A stretch of DNA of 64,000 nt from Lentisphaerota bacterium (GTDB lineage Bacteria; Verrucomicrobiota; Kiritimatiellia; CAIQIC01; Lenti-01). A program made the position numbers and the translations under genes. The notes below the pieces were generated by a model, which saw only the letters and a program-made list of their open reading frames with translations, ran no database searches and was not told the origin of the DNA. The DNA is taken from contig JAAZBB010000075.1 in the NCBI GenBank assembly GCA_012514035.1, positions 876-64,875 of the forward strand, written 5' to 3'. Shown one piece after another: positions 50,107 to 59,627 of the stretch (positions within the stretch are counted from its first letter, which is position 1; each line of letters begins with the position of its first letter).

Positions 50107-51613
50107 ACCTGGCGCCGACGTGGACCATCAAGCCCATTGCCGCCCGCCCGGTCCGGGGGATGCCTGCGGGGCGGTCCTCCCGTATGCATCCGGATTCATC
50201 CGGTTCACGCTGGGACTCCTGCTGGCCTACACGCTCTGGGCCTGGGCCGGGCTGCGGCCCTCCTTTCACTGGGGCGGCGTGGGGATCGCCGTCGTCCTGC
50301 TGGTCGCGCTGGTGCGTCGCTCCGCCCGTGCCCTTGTGCGCGATCCGGTGTTCTATGCGGGACTGGCTTTTCTGGGGCTCCTGGCCATCCAATGGGCCAA
50401 CGCCGGGCGGGTTCAATATTTCGACGTGGGATATCAGAAATGGATGTATACGGTTCCGCCTTGGCCGCGTTGGCCATCGGCCTTTGTCCGGGCAGAGGCC
50501 CGTCAGATGCTGACATGGTTTTTTCCGGCCTGGGTGATTGTCTGGACGTTCCGGGCGGGCCCCTGGTCCCGCCGCCAGGCCCGGGGATTTTTGCGCCTCT
50601 TGGCGTATAATGCCGGAGCTCTGGCGGTATTCGGGCTGGTTCAAATGGCCTCGGGAACCCGGGCGATTTATTGGGTGCGACCGCTCAATGGTCATTTCTT
50701 TGCATCCTTTCCCTATGGCAACCATGTGGGGCCGTTCTTTGTTTTGGCCGGCGCGCTCAGTGCGGGTTTATTGCTGACCGAGGTGATGGATAAACGCGAC
50801 CCTGTGACCAAACGCCTGGCCATCGAAGAACTCCGCCGAGGCCGCGTGACAGCCTTGGCCGCCACGGTGCTGTTGTGTCTGGTGGCCGCCGTTTTGGGAT
50901 TCAGCCGCACCGGGATCATTCTGGCGGGAGGGCTGCTGATGTTTGGTCTGGGTTACAGTTGGGTGCGGGGATGGGGTCTCCTAACTTCCGCCGGACGAGT
51001 TAATGCGGCCGCCCTGACTTTGGCGGGACTGGCCGTGCTCTGCGCGACCGCAATCGGGTTCGGCGAGAAAGGCCTTCAGCGGGAGATTTCCCTGAAGAAA
51101 GCGTCGGCCGGAGTGGATCGGCCGGTTACCGAGCGCCTCGATTTGGAGTTGGGCGGCAGGCCCCGATTCGTGCTTGCCGCCGTGACTGTTTGGCTGGAAA
51201 AGCCTTGGTTTGGATGGGGCGGATGGGGATACAAGTATCGGGTGGCCGAGCATGTGTCTCCGGAGGATTGGCCGCGATTGGAGAAAGGGGGGTGGGCCAA
51301 TGTCCATGTGGATCTCCTGCAGTTTTTGGCCGAGTTCGGCCTCGTGGGCGTCGCATTGCTGCTGTCCGCGCTGATTCCGCTGGCGGTCGCTTGGGTGGGT
51401 GTCGCTGTCCATCGCAGAGCCCTCTGGGCGATGGCCGGATACGGCTTGGCGTCGACGCTGGTTGCCAGCGCAGTGGATATACCGTTTCGCAGTCCTGCCA
51501 TCCTCTATATCTGGCTGACGATCCTGGCCGTTGTTCCAGCCGCCTGCCGAGCGGAGGAGTCGTGGCCGTGTGTTACCAAGTGCCCGCGCGTTTCTGAAAG
51601 GACCGGATCATGA
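50078..51613 (+). CDS. O-antigen ligase/polymerase family membrane protein (Wzy_C domain)
   Basis: More than 10 TM helices. FSRTGIILAGGLLMFGL and NVHVDLLQFLAEFGLVGVALLL motifs. The ORF begins with TTG at 50078, overlapping wza. No ATG occurs in the first about 145 codons, so a GTG at 50120 is a possible start. Confidence 0.55.
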   Translation: MSTCRNRCSRPGADVDHQAHCRPPGPGDACGAVLPYASGFIRFTLGLLLAYTLWAWAGLRPSFHWGGVGIAVVLLVALVRRSARALVRDPVFYAGLAFLGLLAIQWANAGRVQYFDVGYQKWMYTVPPWPRWPSAFVRAEARQMLTWFFPAWVIVWTFRAGPWSRRQARGFLRLLAYNAGALAVFGLVQMASGTRAIYWVRPLNGHFFASFPYGNHVGPFFVLAGALSAGLLLTEVMDKRDPVTKRLAIEELRRGRVTALAATVLLCLVAAVLGFSRTGIILAGGLLMFGLGYSWVRGWGLLTSAGRVNAAALTLAGLAVLCATAIGFGEKGLQREISLKKASAGVDRPVTERLDLELGGRPRFVLAAVTVWLEKPWFGWGGWGYKYRVAEHVSPEDWPRLEKGGWANVHVDLLQFLAEFGLVGVALLLSALIPLAVAWVGVAVHRRALWAMAGYGLASTLVASAVDIPFRSPAILYIWLTILAVVPAACRAEESWPCVTKCPRVSERTGS

Positions 51614-53829
51614 ATACACCCGACCTGTCGCCCGCGACCCCCCCTCCGACGTTTGGCCAGCCCTCCGCTGTTCCCCCATCCTCCCCGCCGCCCTATTACG
51701 GCGGAGGCTATTACGGTGAACTCCCGCTGGCCGGCGGCGGGGCGCTGGCCGCCCTGAATCCCCTGCGGCTGTGGCAGATCGCCCGCGACAAGTGGCTTAC
51801 CATCCTGCTGGCGATACTGTTCGCGGGAGCCGCCGCCGCTTTCTATCTGTCCCGCAGCATTCCCGTCTATGAAGCAGAGACCCGCCTGGAGCTCAGCGTA
51901 CGGCGGCCGCGCATCGTGAACAAGCAGGATGCCATGATCGAAGAACGGGTCGGTGCGGAAGATACTGCCAACATCCTCAATACCCAGATTGAGAAGTTCA
52001 AGAATCCCCTGATCCTGCCCCACGTAGTGGCGGCCTATCGGGAGCTGTTTCCAGAAGATGAAATCGGGGACGAAGAGCTTATGCAGCGTTTGAAACGCCA
52101 TGCAAAATTCGAAATCATCCGCAACACACGCCTGGTCCGCGTGCTGTTTTCGGATTCGGATCCCGAATTTGCCGAGCGCGCCTGCGCGGCATTCGCCGCC
52201 GGGGTCGAGGCGGCTGTCCGGGCGGAAAACCGGTCCGGCTCCAACGCCGCCGTGGCCTGGCTTGAAGCCCAGGCCCAGCTGCAGAAAAAAGAGCTCGAAG
52301 AGGCGGATCAGGCCTTGCTGGATGCTCGGCAGAAGCACCAGATGGACGTGCTGGCCGGACAGCGCAAGACCATCGAGGAATCCCTGTTGCGGTTCAATGC
52401 CCGGTTGTCGGAAATCGAAGCCATGGCTTCCTCCGAACAAAAGATGCTGGACACCCTTGGCGCGGGCAAACTGCCTTCCGAGATTCCCGGGGCCGAGCAA
52501 GTCACCGCCGCTCTGGACCGCTGCCGCCAGGCGTTGGCGGAACGGAACTCGTTGTTATCCCGCTATACGCCGCAACATCCCGCGGTCGCTGCTCAAGACA
52601 AGGTGATTCAGCTCTACCGGGAACAGGCGGTGGATGCATTCCTGCGGGCCAGGAACACCGCCGCGGCCAATCTGCAGCTTTACCATGCCCAGGCCGACGG
52701 CCTGCGCCAAAAGCAGGAAGAACTGCTGGCGACGGCTTCGCGGCTGGACGGGGAGATTCTCGTGGGTGAAATGAAAATCACCGGGCTGACCCGGACCCGT
52801 GACGCAGCGGATGCGTCCTATCTGGGCCTGCTGAACCGCATTCAGGAAGCCCGTCTGTCCGCGGACGAAAACACCGCCACGGTCAAACAGGTTGCGGAGA
52901 TTGCGCCGGCCGTTCAGATTTATCCGCAACCGCTGCGGATTCTGCTTTTGGGACTGGTGCTCGGATTGGCCGGCGGCTTTGGCCTGGCGTTTTTGACCGA
53001 TACCCTGGCCGACCGCGTGGTGGGTGCCGCGGACATCGAAGACGGCACCGGCCTTAAGGCCATGGCGGTGCTTCCGCACGTCAAATCGCGTGACCGCCAG
53101 GCGATTGCCACGGCTTCCCTGACGCATCGTTTCGGTGAGCTGGCCGAGGCCTTCGCCGGCTTGCGCTCTATTCTGGATTCGCCGCTTTATCGCGAACAAA
53201 CCAAAGTGATTTTGGTGGCCAGTTCACTGCCGGCGGAAGGCAAAACCACGACCTGCTGCAACCTGGCAATCGCCTCCGCGCGCAACGGACAGAAAACCCT
53301 CTTGATCGATTTCGATCTCCGGCGCCCGTTGGTCCGCAGCATTTTCCCCGAAGTCGGCAAGAAGGATGGTCTGCTGGAGTTTCTCCATGGTGACGGGCAG
53401 AATCCGGAAGAAATTGTCGCTCCCTCCGGGTGCTGCAACCTCAGCATCATCGGATCGCGGGTGATCGACAAGTCCCGTCCGGCGGAAATCGTCGGCGGCG
53501 CCAAAGTGGCCACCCTGCTGGCCTGGGCCCGGGCCAACTTCGACCGGGTCATTCTGGATGTGCCGCCGCTGGGCATTGTCAGCGATGCGCTGACGCTGGC
53601 GGCCCATGTTGATTGCGTTCTGCTCATGGCGCGGCCGGCGACCAGCCGCAAGCACGCGATTCGTCATACCGTCCAGCGTTTCCGGGATGTCGGCATGACC
53701 AATATCGCCATCATCATGAACGATATCATCCATTCCAAGTTCAGCTATCAAAGCTACGGCCCCTACTATCATTACCAGAAGCATTACGGTGCCTATGCCC
53801 AACCTGTGCCGGAATCCAAAGCGACCTGA
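51610..53829 (+). CDS. wzc: Polysaccharide co-polymerase / tyrosine autokinase (Wzc/BY-kinase)
   Basis: Two TM segments around a coiled-coil periplasmic Wzz-like domain. Walker A SLPAEGKTTT. Tyr-rich C-terminal tail SYQSYGPYYHYQKHYGAY. ATGA overlap with the upstream gene. Confidence 0.75.
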   Translation: MNTPDLSPATPPPTFGQPSAVPPSSPPPYYGGGYYGELPLAGGGALAALNPLRLWQIARDKWLTILLAILFAGAAAAFYLSRSIPVYEAETRLELSVRRPRIVNKQDAMIEERVGAEDTANILNTQIEKFKNPLILPHVVAAYRELFPEDEIGDEELMQRLKRHAKFEIIRNTRLVRVLFSDSDPEFAERACAAFAAGVEAAVRAENRSGSNAAVAWLEAQAQLQKKELEEADQALLDARQKHQMDVLAGQRKTIEESLLRFNARLSEIEAMASSEQKMLDTLGAGKLPSEIPGAEQVTAALDRCRQALAERNSLLSRYTPQHPAVAAQDKVIQLYREQAVDAFLRARNTAAANLQLYHAQADGLRQKQEELLATASRLDGEILVGEMKITGLTRTRDAADASYLGLLNRIQEARLSADENTATVKQVAEIAPAVQIYPQPLRILLLGLVLGLAGGFGLAFLTDTLADRVVGAADIEDGTGLKAMAVLPHVKSRDRQAIATASLTHRFGELAEAFAGLRSILDSPLYREQTKVILVASSLPAEGKTTTCCNLAIASARNGQKTLLIDFDLRRPLVRSIFPEVGKKDGLLEFLHGDGQNPEEIVAPSGCCNLSIIGSRVIDKSRPAEIVGGAKVATLLAWARANFDRVILDVPPLGIVSDALTLAAHVDCVLLMARPATSRKHAIRHTVQRFRDVGMTNIAIIMNDIIHSKFSYQSYGPYYHYQKHYGAYAQPVPESKAT

Positions 53830-53968
53830 ACAGACGACAAATCGAATCATGGTTTAGACAGGATGGACAGGATTTCCCGGATTTAAAGGTAGGGACGGCG
53901 CGCCGCGCTGTCCGGATGGTAGGGCGGGTTGGCCCAACCCGCTTTGATCCCAAACAGAATAGCCACAG

Positions 53969-55552
53969 ATGAACGATTCTGAGCATTCTCTCCGTCGCCA
54001 AAGCGTCGCTTGGCTGTTTTGCTTTTCCTTGGCGAATCTCGTGTTGCTGAAACCGTGGCATTATGTCCAGATTGGATACGCATTCGACAGCTATTACAAA
54101 ATGTCGCCCAACCTGCCTATCATCGCCATCATGTCCAATGTGTTGGCTTTAACCCTGATATTCAGAATCGTGATGACGATCGGGAGCGATTGGCGTACGC
54201 CTTGGGTAAGAAGCCTTGCTCGGTGGGGTTTTCTCCTGCTACTGCTCGTCCTCCTGAACACATTCCGCCAGATTTCAAAATGCGAAGCTCTTGCCATCGG
54301 CCGCCTTGTGCTCAATCCACTGGCGTGGCTGGTTGGGATCGGGGCGGTTGTCACGATCATCCGCTGGCCCCGTAAGGTGTTTGTGTACAGTCGGACCGCC
54401 GTGCTGGTGGTGTCTCCCTTGGATTTTCTTGCCATTGCGCAGGCGGCGCTGCAGGTGGAGACCGACGCGCCTGGCCTGAAAAATGACGCAACCCGCCCCA
54501 TAATTTCTCCCCAGTTCCCGGCCTTGCCCGGGCGCGTAGTTTGGATCGTGTTCGACGAGCTGGATCAGCGGGTGTTATGCGACGAACGACCGGAAAGTCT
54601 GGCCTTGCCGGAATTCGAGCGGTTGCGCCGCGAAAGTCTATACTTCCCCGCGGCGTATCCTCCATCGTCTGAAACGCTGACGTCGCTTCCAGCCTTGCTG
54701 TGCGGCCGGCCCGTGACCAATGCCCAGCCCTGCGGGCGACAGACCCTGTTCGTCGACATCTATAACGAAATGGGACGCTTGGACTACCGCTCTCTGCCAA
54801 ATATTTTCACCGAAGCGCGCCATCTGGGATTGCGCAGCGCAGTTGTCGGCCACTATCATCCGTATCCCCTTGTTCTCGGCCGCGATGCCGATGAAAGCTT
54901 CTGGCTTTCCCGGGTCGTGGAAGACCGGTTACGTGCCTCGTCTGTTCTCCCGGCTATGTTGGAGCAGTTGCGCTGGATCTATTCAGAGCCCGCGATGGCG
55001 GAGCGGCGGTCCACCATTGAGATGTACCGGGCCTTGAAAGATCGGCTGATGTCGGCGGCGACGAATCAGCAGATCGGATTGACATTTGCCCACCTACCTG
55101 TACCGCACGCTCCAGGTATCTGGGATCCGACCCGAAATGATTTTTCTGTTCGCCATCGGCCTGGGGTGGAGGAGTATCTCGGAAATGTCGCGCTTTGCGA
55201 CGCAACCTTGTGCGAACTGCGCCAATGCATGGAGGCGGCTGATCTTTGGAATGGGACAATGATCATCGTGACTTCGGACCACTGGTGGCGCGCCCCCGAG
55301 GGCGAGAGCCTGCTGGGTCCCCTTACGTACCAGGTGCCGCTTCTCATCAAAATGCAGACGCAGACCGAGAGCCTGGAGTATGCAGAGCCGTGCAACAATC
55401 TCCAGCTCTACAATCTTGTGCTGGGGAATCTGCGCGGCGAGATCCAAACCCCTTCGCAGGTCGTGGCGTATCTGGATCAGCATCGCGAAGACATTCCTTT
55501 CGACCTGTGGAAATACTCCCTCGCCGAATCCTCCGCAACCAGAGATGAATAA
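53969..55552 (+). CDS. Membrane-anchored alkaline-phosphatase-superfamily protein (sulfatase / LtaS / phosphoglycerol- or phosphoethanolamine-transferase-like)
   Basis: 4-5 N-terminal TM helices. Extracytoplasmic domain with VWIVFDELD and IIVTSDHWW (sulfatase-type SDH motif). Confidence 0.4.
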   Translation: MNDSEHSLRRQSVAWLFCFSLANLVLLKPWHYVQIGYAFDSYYKMSPNLPIIAIMSNVLALTLIFRIVMTIGSDWRTPWVRSLARWGFLLLLLVLLNTFRQISKCEALAIGRLVLNPLAWLVGIGAVVTIIRWPRKVFVYSRTAVLVVSPLDFLAIAQAALQVETDAPGLKNDATRPIISPQFPALPGRVVWIVFDELDQRVLCDERPESLALPEFERLRRESLYFPAAYPPSSETLTSLPALLCGRPVTNAQPCGRQTLFVDIYNEMGRLDYRSLPNIFTEARHLGLRSAVVGHYHPYPLVLGRDADESFWLSRVVEDRLRASSVLPAMLEQLRWIYSEPAMAERRSTIEMYRALKDRLMSAATNQQIGLTFAHLPVPHAPGIWDPTRNDFSVRHRPGVEEYLGNVALCDATLCELRQCMEAADLWNGTMIIVTSDHWWRAPEGESLLGPLTYQVPLLIKMQTQTESLEYAEPCNNLQLYNLVLGNLRGEIQTPSQVVAYLDQHREDIPFDLWKYSLAESSATRDE

Positions 55553-57134
55553 TCATCAGGTGTCAAACGCCCGTCAGACCCGAGCGGTGGTTGGGCTCGG
55601 CTTCGGATATGTGTCGCAGGCCATCCTGCTGGTTCTGGGCCTGGTCATCACACCCTTCATTCTGGGCAAGCTGGGACGGACGGGCTATGGCGTCTGGGCG
55701 GTGCTGGGGCAGATTGTTGGCTATATCGGGCTGACCGACATGGGGTTGGAGGCCGGGCTCATGGCGTTCCTCAGTCGCGACGCCCACAAGCGGGATTGGG
55801 CGGCCGTCAACGCCTTGGCCAGCACCTCAACGATTCTGCAGATCGGTTTTGGGGTCTTGGGGCTGGTCCTTGCCCTCCTGGTTCTGCCGTTCATTGACCG
55901 CTGGTTTGACATCGGCTCCGTTCCTTTTCCGGTGGTGGCCACGGCGCTGTTGATTGTGGTCTTCAGCCATGGGGTCAAGTTGGCAGGATCGGTTTACGAC
56001 CAGGTGTTGTATGCCAATCACCGGATCTACCAGAACTATCTCATCGGATTTCTGAGTCAGATCTTCCGGATCCTGCTCGTCGTCGGCTTGCTGGCGGCCG
56101 GCACGGGACTCACGGGGTTGGCGCTGGCCGCCTTGGCCGGGCAGATATTCAGTGTTTGCCTCTGGGCCCGGCAGGCCCACCAAGCCGTTCCTGGTCTGCA
56201 GGTCCACCCCAAGTATTTTTCCCTCGCCAAGGTGAAATCGTTGCTGGGCTTTTCAATCTGGGGCACCTTGGGGCGGATTGCCGCCACCATCATCTACAAC
56301 ACGGATAATATCATCATCGGAACCCTGATCGGCTTGCCGGCGGTGACCACCTACGTCCTGACCCGTCGGATCTTCGAGTTGCTGCGCCAGAACGTGTTTC
56401 GCATCGGGCATGTTCTGCGGCCAGGAGTCGGCAATTTGCTGGGAGAGGGAAACATATCCCGGTTGAGGCAGGTCTTTCTGAAAAGCGTCCGGACGTATTT
56501 GACCATCGCGGCGGCGGGCGGCATCTTTCTCGCCTTCCTGGCGAACCGGCTCATCGCGTTGTGGGTCGGTGCGGAAAACTACGGAGGCGAGGTGCTGGTT
56601 TGGATCACGGTTGCGTCCACCATCGCCATGAGTTTGTTCCATGTGTCGTCGATTTTTCTGGTCGCCGATCTCCAGGTCAAGGCGGTGGGCCTGGCGCGAC
56701 TGGCAGAAAGCGGGCTCAATCTGGGTTTGAGTGTTTTGTTCGTCAAAATGGGATGGGGACTGGCCGGGGTGGCAGCGGGCACGCTGCTGGCCACGGTATT
56801 CACAAACGGCTGGTATGTGCCTTGGCGGGCCGCCCGGCGATGCCGAGTGCGCCTTGGAGCATTTCTGCGGGAAAGCATGCTGCCCGCTGCGCTGGCCGCC
56901 TTGATTGCGGCAGGGTTGGGCATGGTGCTGCGCACGGCCCCCATTCTCAACCGCCCGTCCTGGACTTCGCTTGCGGCCTATGCGGTGGCGCTGGGCGTGG
57001 TGCTGGGTCCTGTAATCGTCGTGCTCGGCCTGAGCCGCGAACAGCAGCGGCTTGTCGCGGGCCTGGCGGGGCGAGTCCTCCCGGGGAAATGGGTGCGCCA
57101 GGCCGCGCAACCAGGTGATAGGCAGGGAAGTTGA
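55545..57134 (+). CDS. wzx: Wzx-type oligosaccharide flippase (MOP superfamily polysaccharide biosynthesis protein)
   Basis: About 14 TM helices. Typical N-terminal helix (AILLVLGLVITPFILGKLG). 8-nt overlap with the upstream gene. Confidence 0.65.
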   Translation: MNNHQVSNARQTRAVVGLGFGYVSQAILLVLGLVITPFILGKLGRTGYGVWAVLGQIVGYIGLTDMGLEAGLMAFLSRDAHKRDWAAVNALASTSTILQIGFGVLGLVLALLVLPFIDRWFDIGSVPFPVVATALLIVVFSHGVKLAGSVYDQVLYANHRIYQNYLIGFLSQIFRILLVVGLLAAGTGLTGLALAALAGQIFSVCLWARQAHQAVPGLQVHPKYFSLAKVKSLLGFSIWGTLGRIAATIIYNTDNIIIGTLIGLPAVTTYVLTRRIFELLRQNVFRIGHVLRPGVGNLLGEGNISRLRQVFLKSVRTYLTIAAAGGIFLAFLANRLIALWVGAENYGGEVLVWITVASTIAMSLFHVSSIFLVADLQVKAVGLARLAESGLNLGLSVLFVKMGWGLAGVAAGTLLATVFTNGWYVPWRAARRCRVRLGAFLRESMLPAALAALIAAGLGMVLRTAPILNRPSWTSLAAYAVALGVVLGPVIVVLGLSREQQRLVAGLAGRVLPGKWVRQAAQPGDRQGS

Positions 57135-57163
57135 CCGGTCCGGCGTTGACGCCGCAATGCGAC

Positions 57164-58630
57164 ATGAGTTTTGACGCTCCAGTTTACTATGTGTTTCTGG
57201 CCATCGTGGTGATGGTATATTGGCGGCTTCCGTGGCGCGCGCAGAACTGGCTGCTGTTGGTTGCCAGCTATTTCTTCTATGGCTGGTGGGATTGGCGCTT
57301 CCTCTTTCTGATTGCCACGTCAACCGTCATGGATTTCTGGCTGGCCGACGTGATCGCCCGCAGCCGCAACCCCGGCCAGCGGCGGTCATGCCTGGCGGTT
57401 TCCCTCGTGCTGAATTTCGGGTTCCTGGGCTTTTTCAAATATTTCAACTTTTTCGTCGGTTCGTTCCGGGAACTCATGGAAAGCCTGGGCCTCGGTACGG
57501 TGACGGGCCCCGTTCTCGACATCATCCTTCCGGCGGGCATTTCCTTTTACACGTTTCAAGCCGTGGCATACATCGTGGATGTATATCGCCGCAAGATCGA
57601 ACCTTGCCGGGACTTCGTCAGTTATGCGTTGTTCATCAGTTTTTTTCCCCATCTGGTTGCAGGACCGATCCAATGTCCGGCCCATCTGCTGCCGCAGACG
57701 TCTTCGCCCCGCTGCTATGCGCCGGGCCGGGTGTTTGATGGATTGATGCTGATCGCCACGGGTTTGTTTCGCAAGTGCGTGATTGCGGACAACTGCGCGC
57801 TGCTGGCCAACGCGGCTTTCTCGGGCCAGCTCGGGGAACCCAGCACCGCCACGGTCCTCCTCGGCATGTACGCGTTTGCTGGTCAGATTTACGGTGATTT
57901 CAGCGGGTACAGCGATATTGCGCGGGGCAGCGCCCAGTTGTTCGGCTTTCATTTCAACATAAATTTTCGCCAGCCTTATCTCGCGACGTGTCTGGGCGAG
58001 TTTTGGCGGCGTTGGCACATCAGTCTGAGCACCTGGCTGCGGGATTACCTGTACATCCCCCTCGGTGGAAACCGCCGCGGCGAACGCAGGACCTATCTGA
58101 ATCTGCTGGCAACCATGCTGCTGGGCGGACTCTGGCACGGCGCAAACATGACGTTTGTGCTGTGGGGCGGGATCCATGGGGTGGGATTAGCGGTGGAGCG
58201 CTGGCTGGGAATCAAGCCGCGCCTTCCAAGGTGCCTGGCTGCGGGTGAAGATTCCAAGGGGGTTCCCAGCCCCGCCTGGAGTCTCTGGCTCCGGCGCATC
58301 GTAATCTTTCATCTGGTCTGCCTCGCGTGGATTGTTTTCCGGGCGGCCTCTGTTGCCGAGTCCCTTCATTACATCGGCGGTATCGCGCGATGGGCATGGC
58401 AGGCCGAATATGTCACGGCCTTTGCTTTTCTGGCCTTGTTCTCGCTTCCACTCCTTCTGCTTGACCTGATTCTTGAAAGACGGAACGAAGAGTATCCCGG
58501 AGAAAAATGGACGGGGGCTGTCCGCTTCCTGCCATATGCGGGCCGGTCTGCCCTTGCGGCCGGACTTTTGCTGATGGTTCTTGTTTTTGGAGCTCCAAAA
58601 TCCAGTGCCTTTATCTACTTCCAATTCTGA
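57164..58630 (+). CDS. MBOAT family O-acyltransferase (AlgI/DltB-like)
   Basis: Conserved His-containing motifs (WRRWHISLSTWLRDYLYIPLGGNRRG; WHGANMTF). Polytopic. ATG at 57164 (the ORF begins with TTG at 57131). Confidence 0.7.
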   Translation: MSFDAPVYYVFLAIVVMVYWRLPWRAQNWLLLVASYFFYGWWDWRFLFLIATSTVMDFWLADVIARSRNPGQRRSCLAVSLVLNFGFLGFFKYFNFFVGSFRELMESLGLGTVTGPVLDIILPAGISFYTFQAVAYIVDVYRRKIEPCRDFVSYALFISFFPHLVAGPIQCPAHLLPQTSSPRCYAPGRVFDGLMLIATGLFRKCVIADNCALLANAAFSGQLGEPSTATVLLGMYAFAGQIYGDFSGYSDIARGSAQLFGFHFNINFRQPYLATCLGEFWRRWHISLSTWLRDYLYIPLGGNRRGERRTYLNLLATMLLGGLWHGANMTFVLWGGIHGVGLAVERWLGIKPRLPRCLAAGEDSKGVPSPAWSLWLRRIVIFHLVCLAWIVFRAASVAESLHYIGGIARWAWQAEYVTAFAFLALFSLPLLLLDLILERRNEEYPGEKWTGAVRFLPYAGRSALAAGLLLMVLVFGAPKSSAFIYFQF

Positions 58631-59627
58631 TCCCCCGATTGACCGCGCGGCTGCGCGGGGCCTGCGCACCTGGCTGCTCTGTGCCCTGGTCGTCTTCGGA
58701 TGTGTGGAAGCGGGCAGCCGGTACGGCGTGCCGCTCATCAATAGCAATACCCGGCGTTTTTATGCTGAGCGCGCAGCTGCCAGCCGCCTGGGGCAAAACG
58801 GCGGGGCCAGTCAAGTGTCGATTCTCTTCCTGGGAAATTCCATCACGCACAGCGATATCGATCTGCCGGGCATGCAAGCCGGATTGGGAAACGATGCCCG
58901 CGTGGTCTGCTGGGCGGTGGATGATACCAACTATCTGGATTGGCTCTTCGGACTGAAACGTATTTTCCGGTCCGGCGCTCGGCCCGACTATGTGATTGTG
59001 GGCGGTCGGAGTCGCCACTTCCTGGCGCCACACGTGCGAGGCAACTTTTTTGCCCATTACATGCTGGATTGGCCGGATCTGCTCGACGCGGCAAGACGAA
59101 TCAAAGCAAATGCCAACGCGATCTGCTCCATGCTCATCGCGCAGGGCAGCGCGTTCTACGGATCGCGCGAGGAAATCTACAAACGCCTGGTGACGTGGAT
59201 GATCCCCCGTTTTGCCCATCTGGCCGCCGTCCTGAACCGGGCGGGTGTTTCAGACGCGGCTAGCGCGGCCATGCCGCCATCTCCCGGAGACCGGATCTGG
59301 GAGATGAAGGAGTTATGCGCCATCCATGGAGCACGCTTGATTCTATGGATACCTCCGGGCCAGAGCAGGGACCGCAATGCCCAGGCCATGGTGGAAGCGG
59401 GCCGGGAGCTTGACGTGCCGGTTCTTGTCCCCATTGTGGAAGGTCAGATTCCGTCGAAGGATTATGCGGATGGATTCCATCTCGGTCCGGCCGGGGCCCG
59501 CATGCTGACCTCGGCTTTGGCCCGTGAATTGAAGCCCTTGATTGCTGCGACGGCAGACCAGGAGCTCCGCGGGTGCCAACCGGCAAGCCGTATTGCGGAT
59601 ATGAATGTGCAGGAGTCCCGGAAATGA
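58581..59627 (+). CDS. SGNH/GDSL-like hydrolase partner of the MBOAT (AlgJ/AlgX/DltD-like polysaccharide O-acetyltransferase component)
   Basis: Block I motif LFLGNSITHSD. Signal/anchor WLLCALVVFGCVEA. No in-frame ATG before the signal segment, so a TTG or GTG start (58581-58605) overlapping the MBOAT 3' end is likely. Confidence 0.5.
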   Translation: MFLELQNPVPLSTSNSDPPIDRAAARGLRTWLLCALVVFGCVEAGSRYGVPLINSNTRRFYAERAAASRLGQNGGASQVSILFLGNSITHSDIDLPGMQAGLGNDARVVCWAVDDTNYLDWLFGLKRIFRSGARPDYVIVGGRSRHFLAPHVRGNFFAHYMLDWPDLLDAARRIKANANAICSMLIAQGSAFYGSREEIYKRLVTWMIPRFAHLAAVLNRAGVSDAASAAMPPSPGDRIWEMKELCAIHGARLILWIPPGQSRDRNAQAMVEAGRELDVPVLVPIVEGQIPSKDYADGFHLGPAGARMLTSALARELKPLIAATADQELRGCQPASRIADMNVQESRK

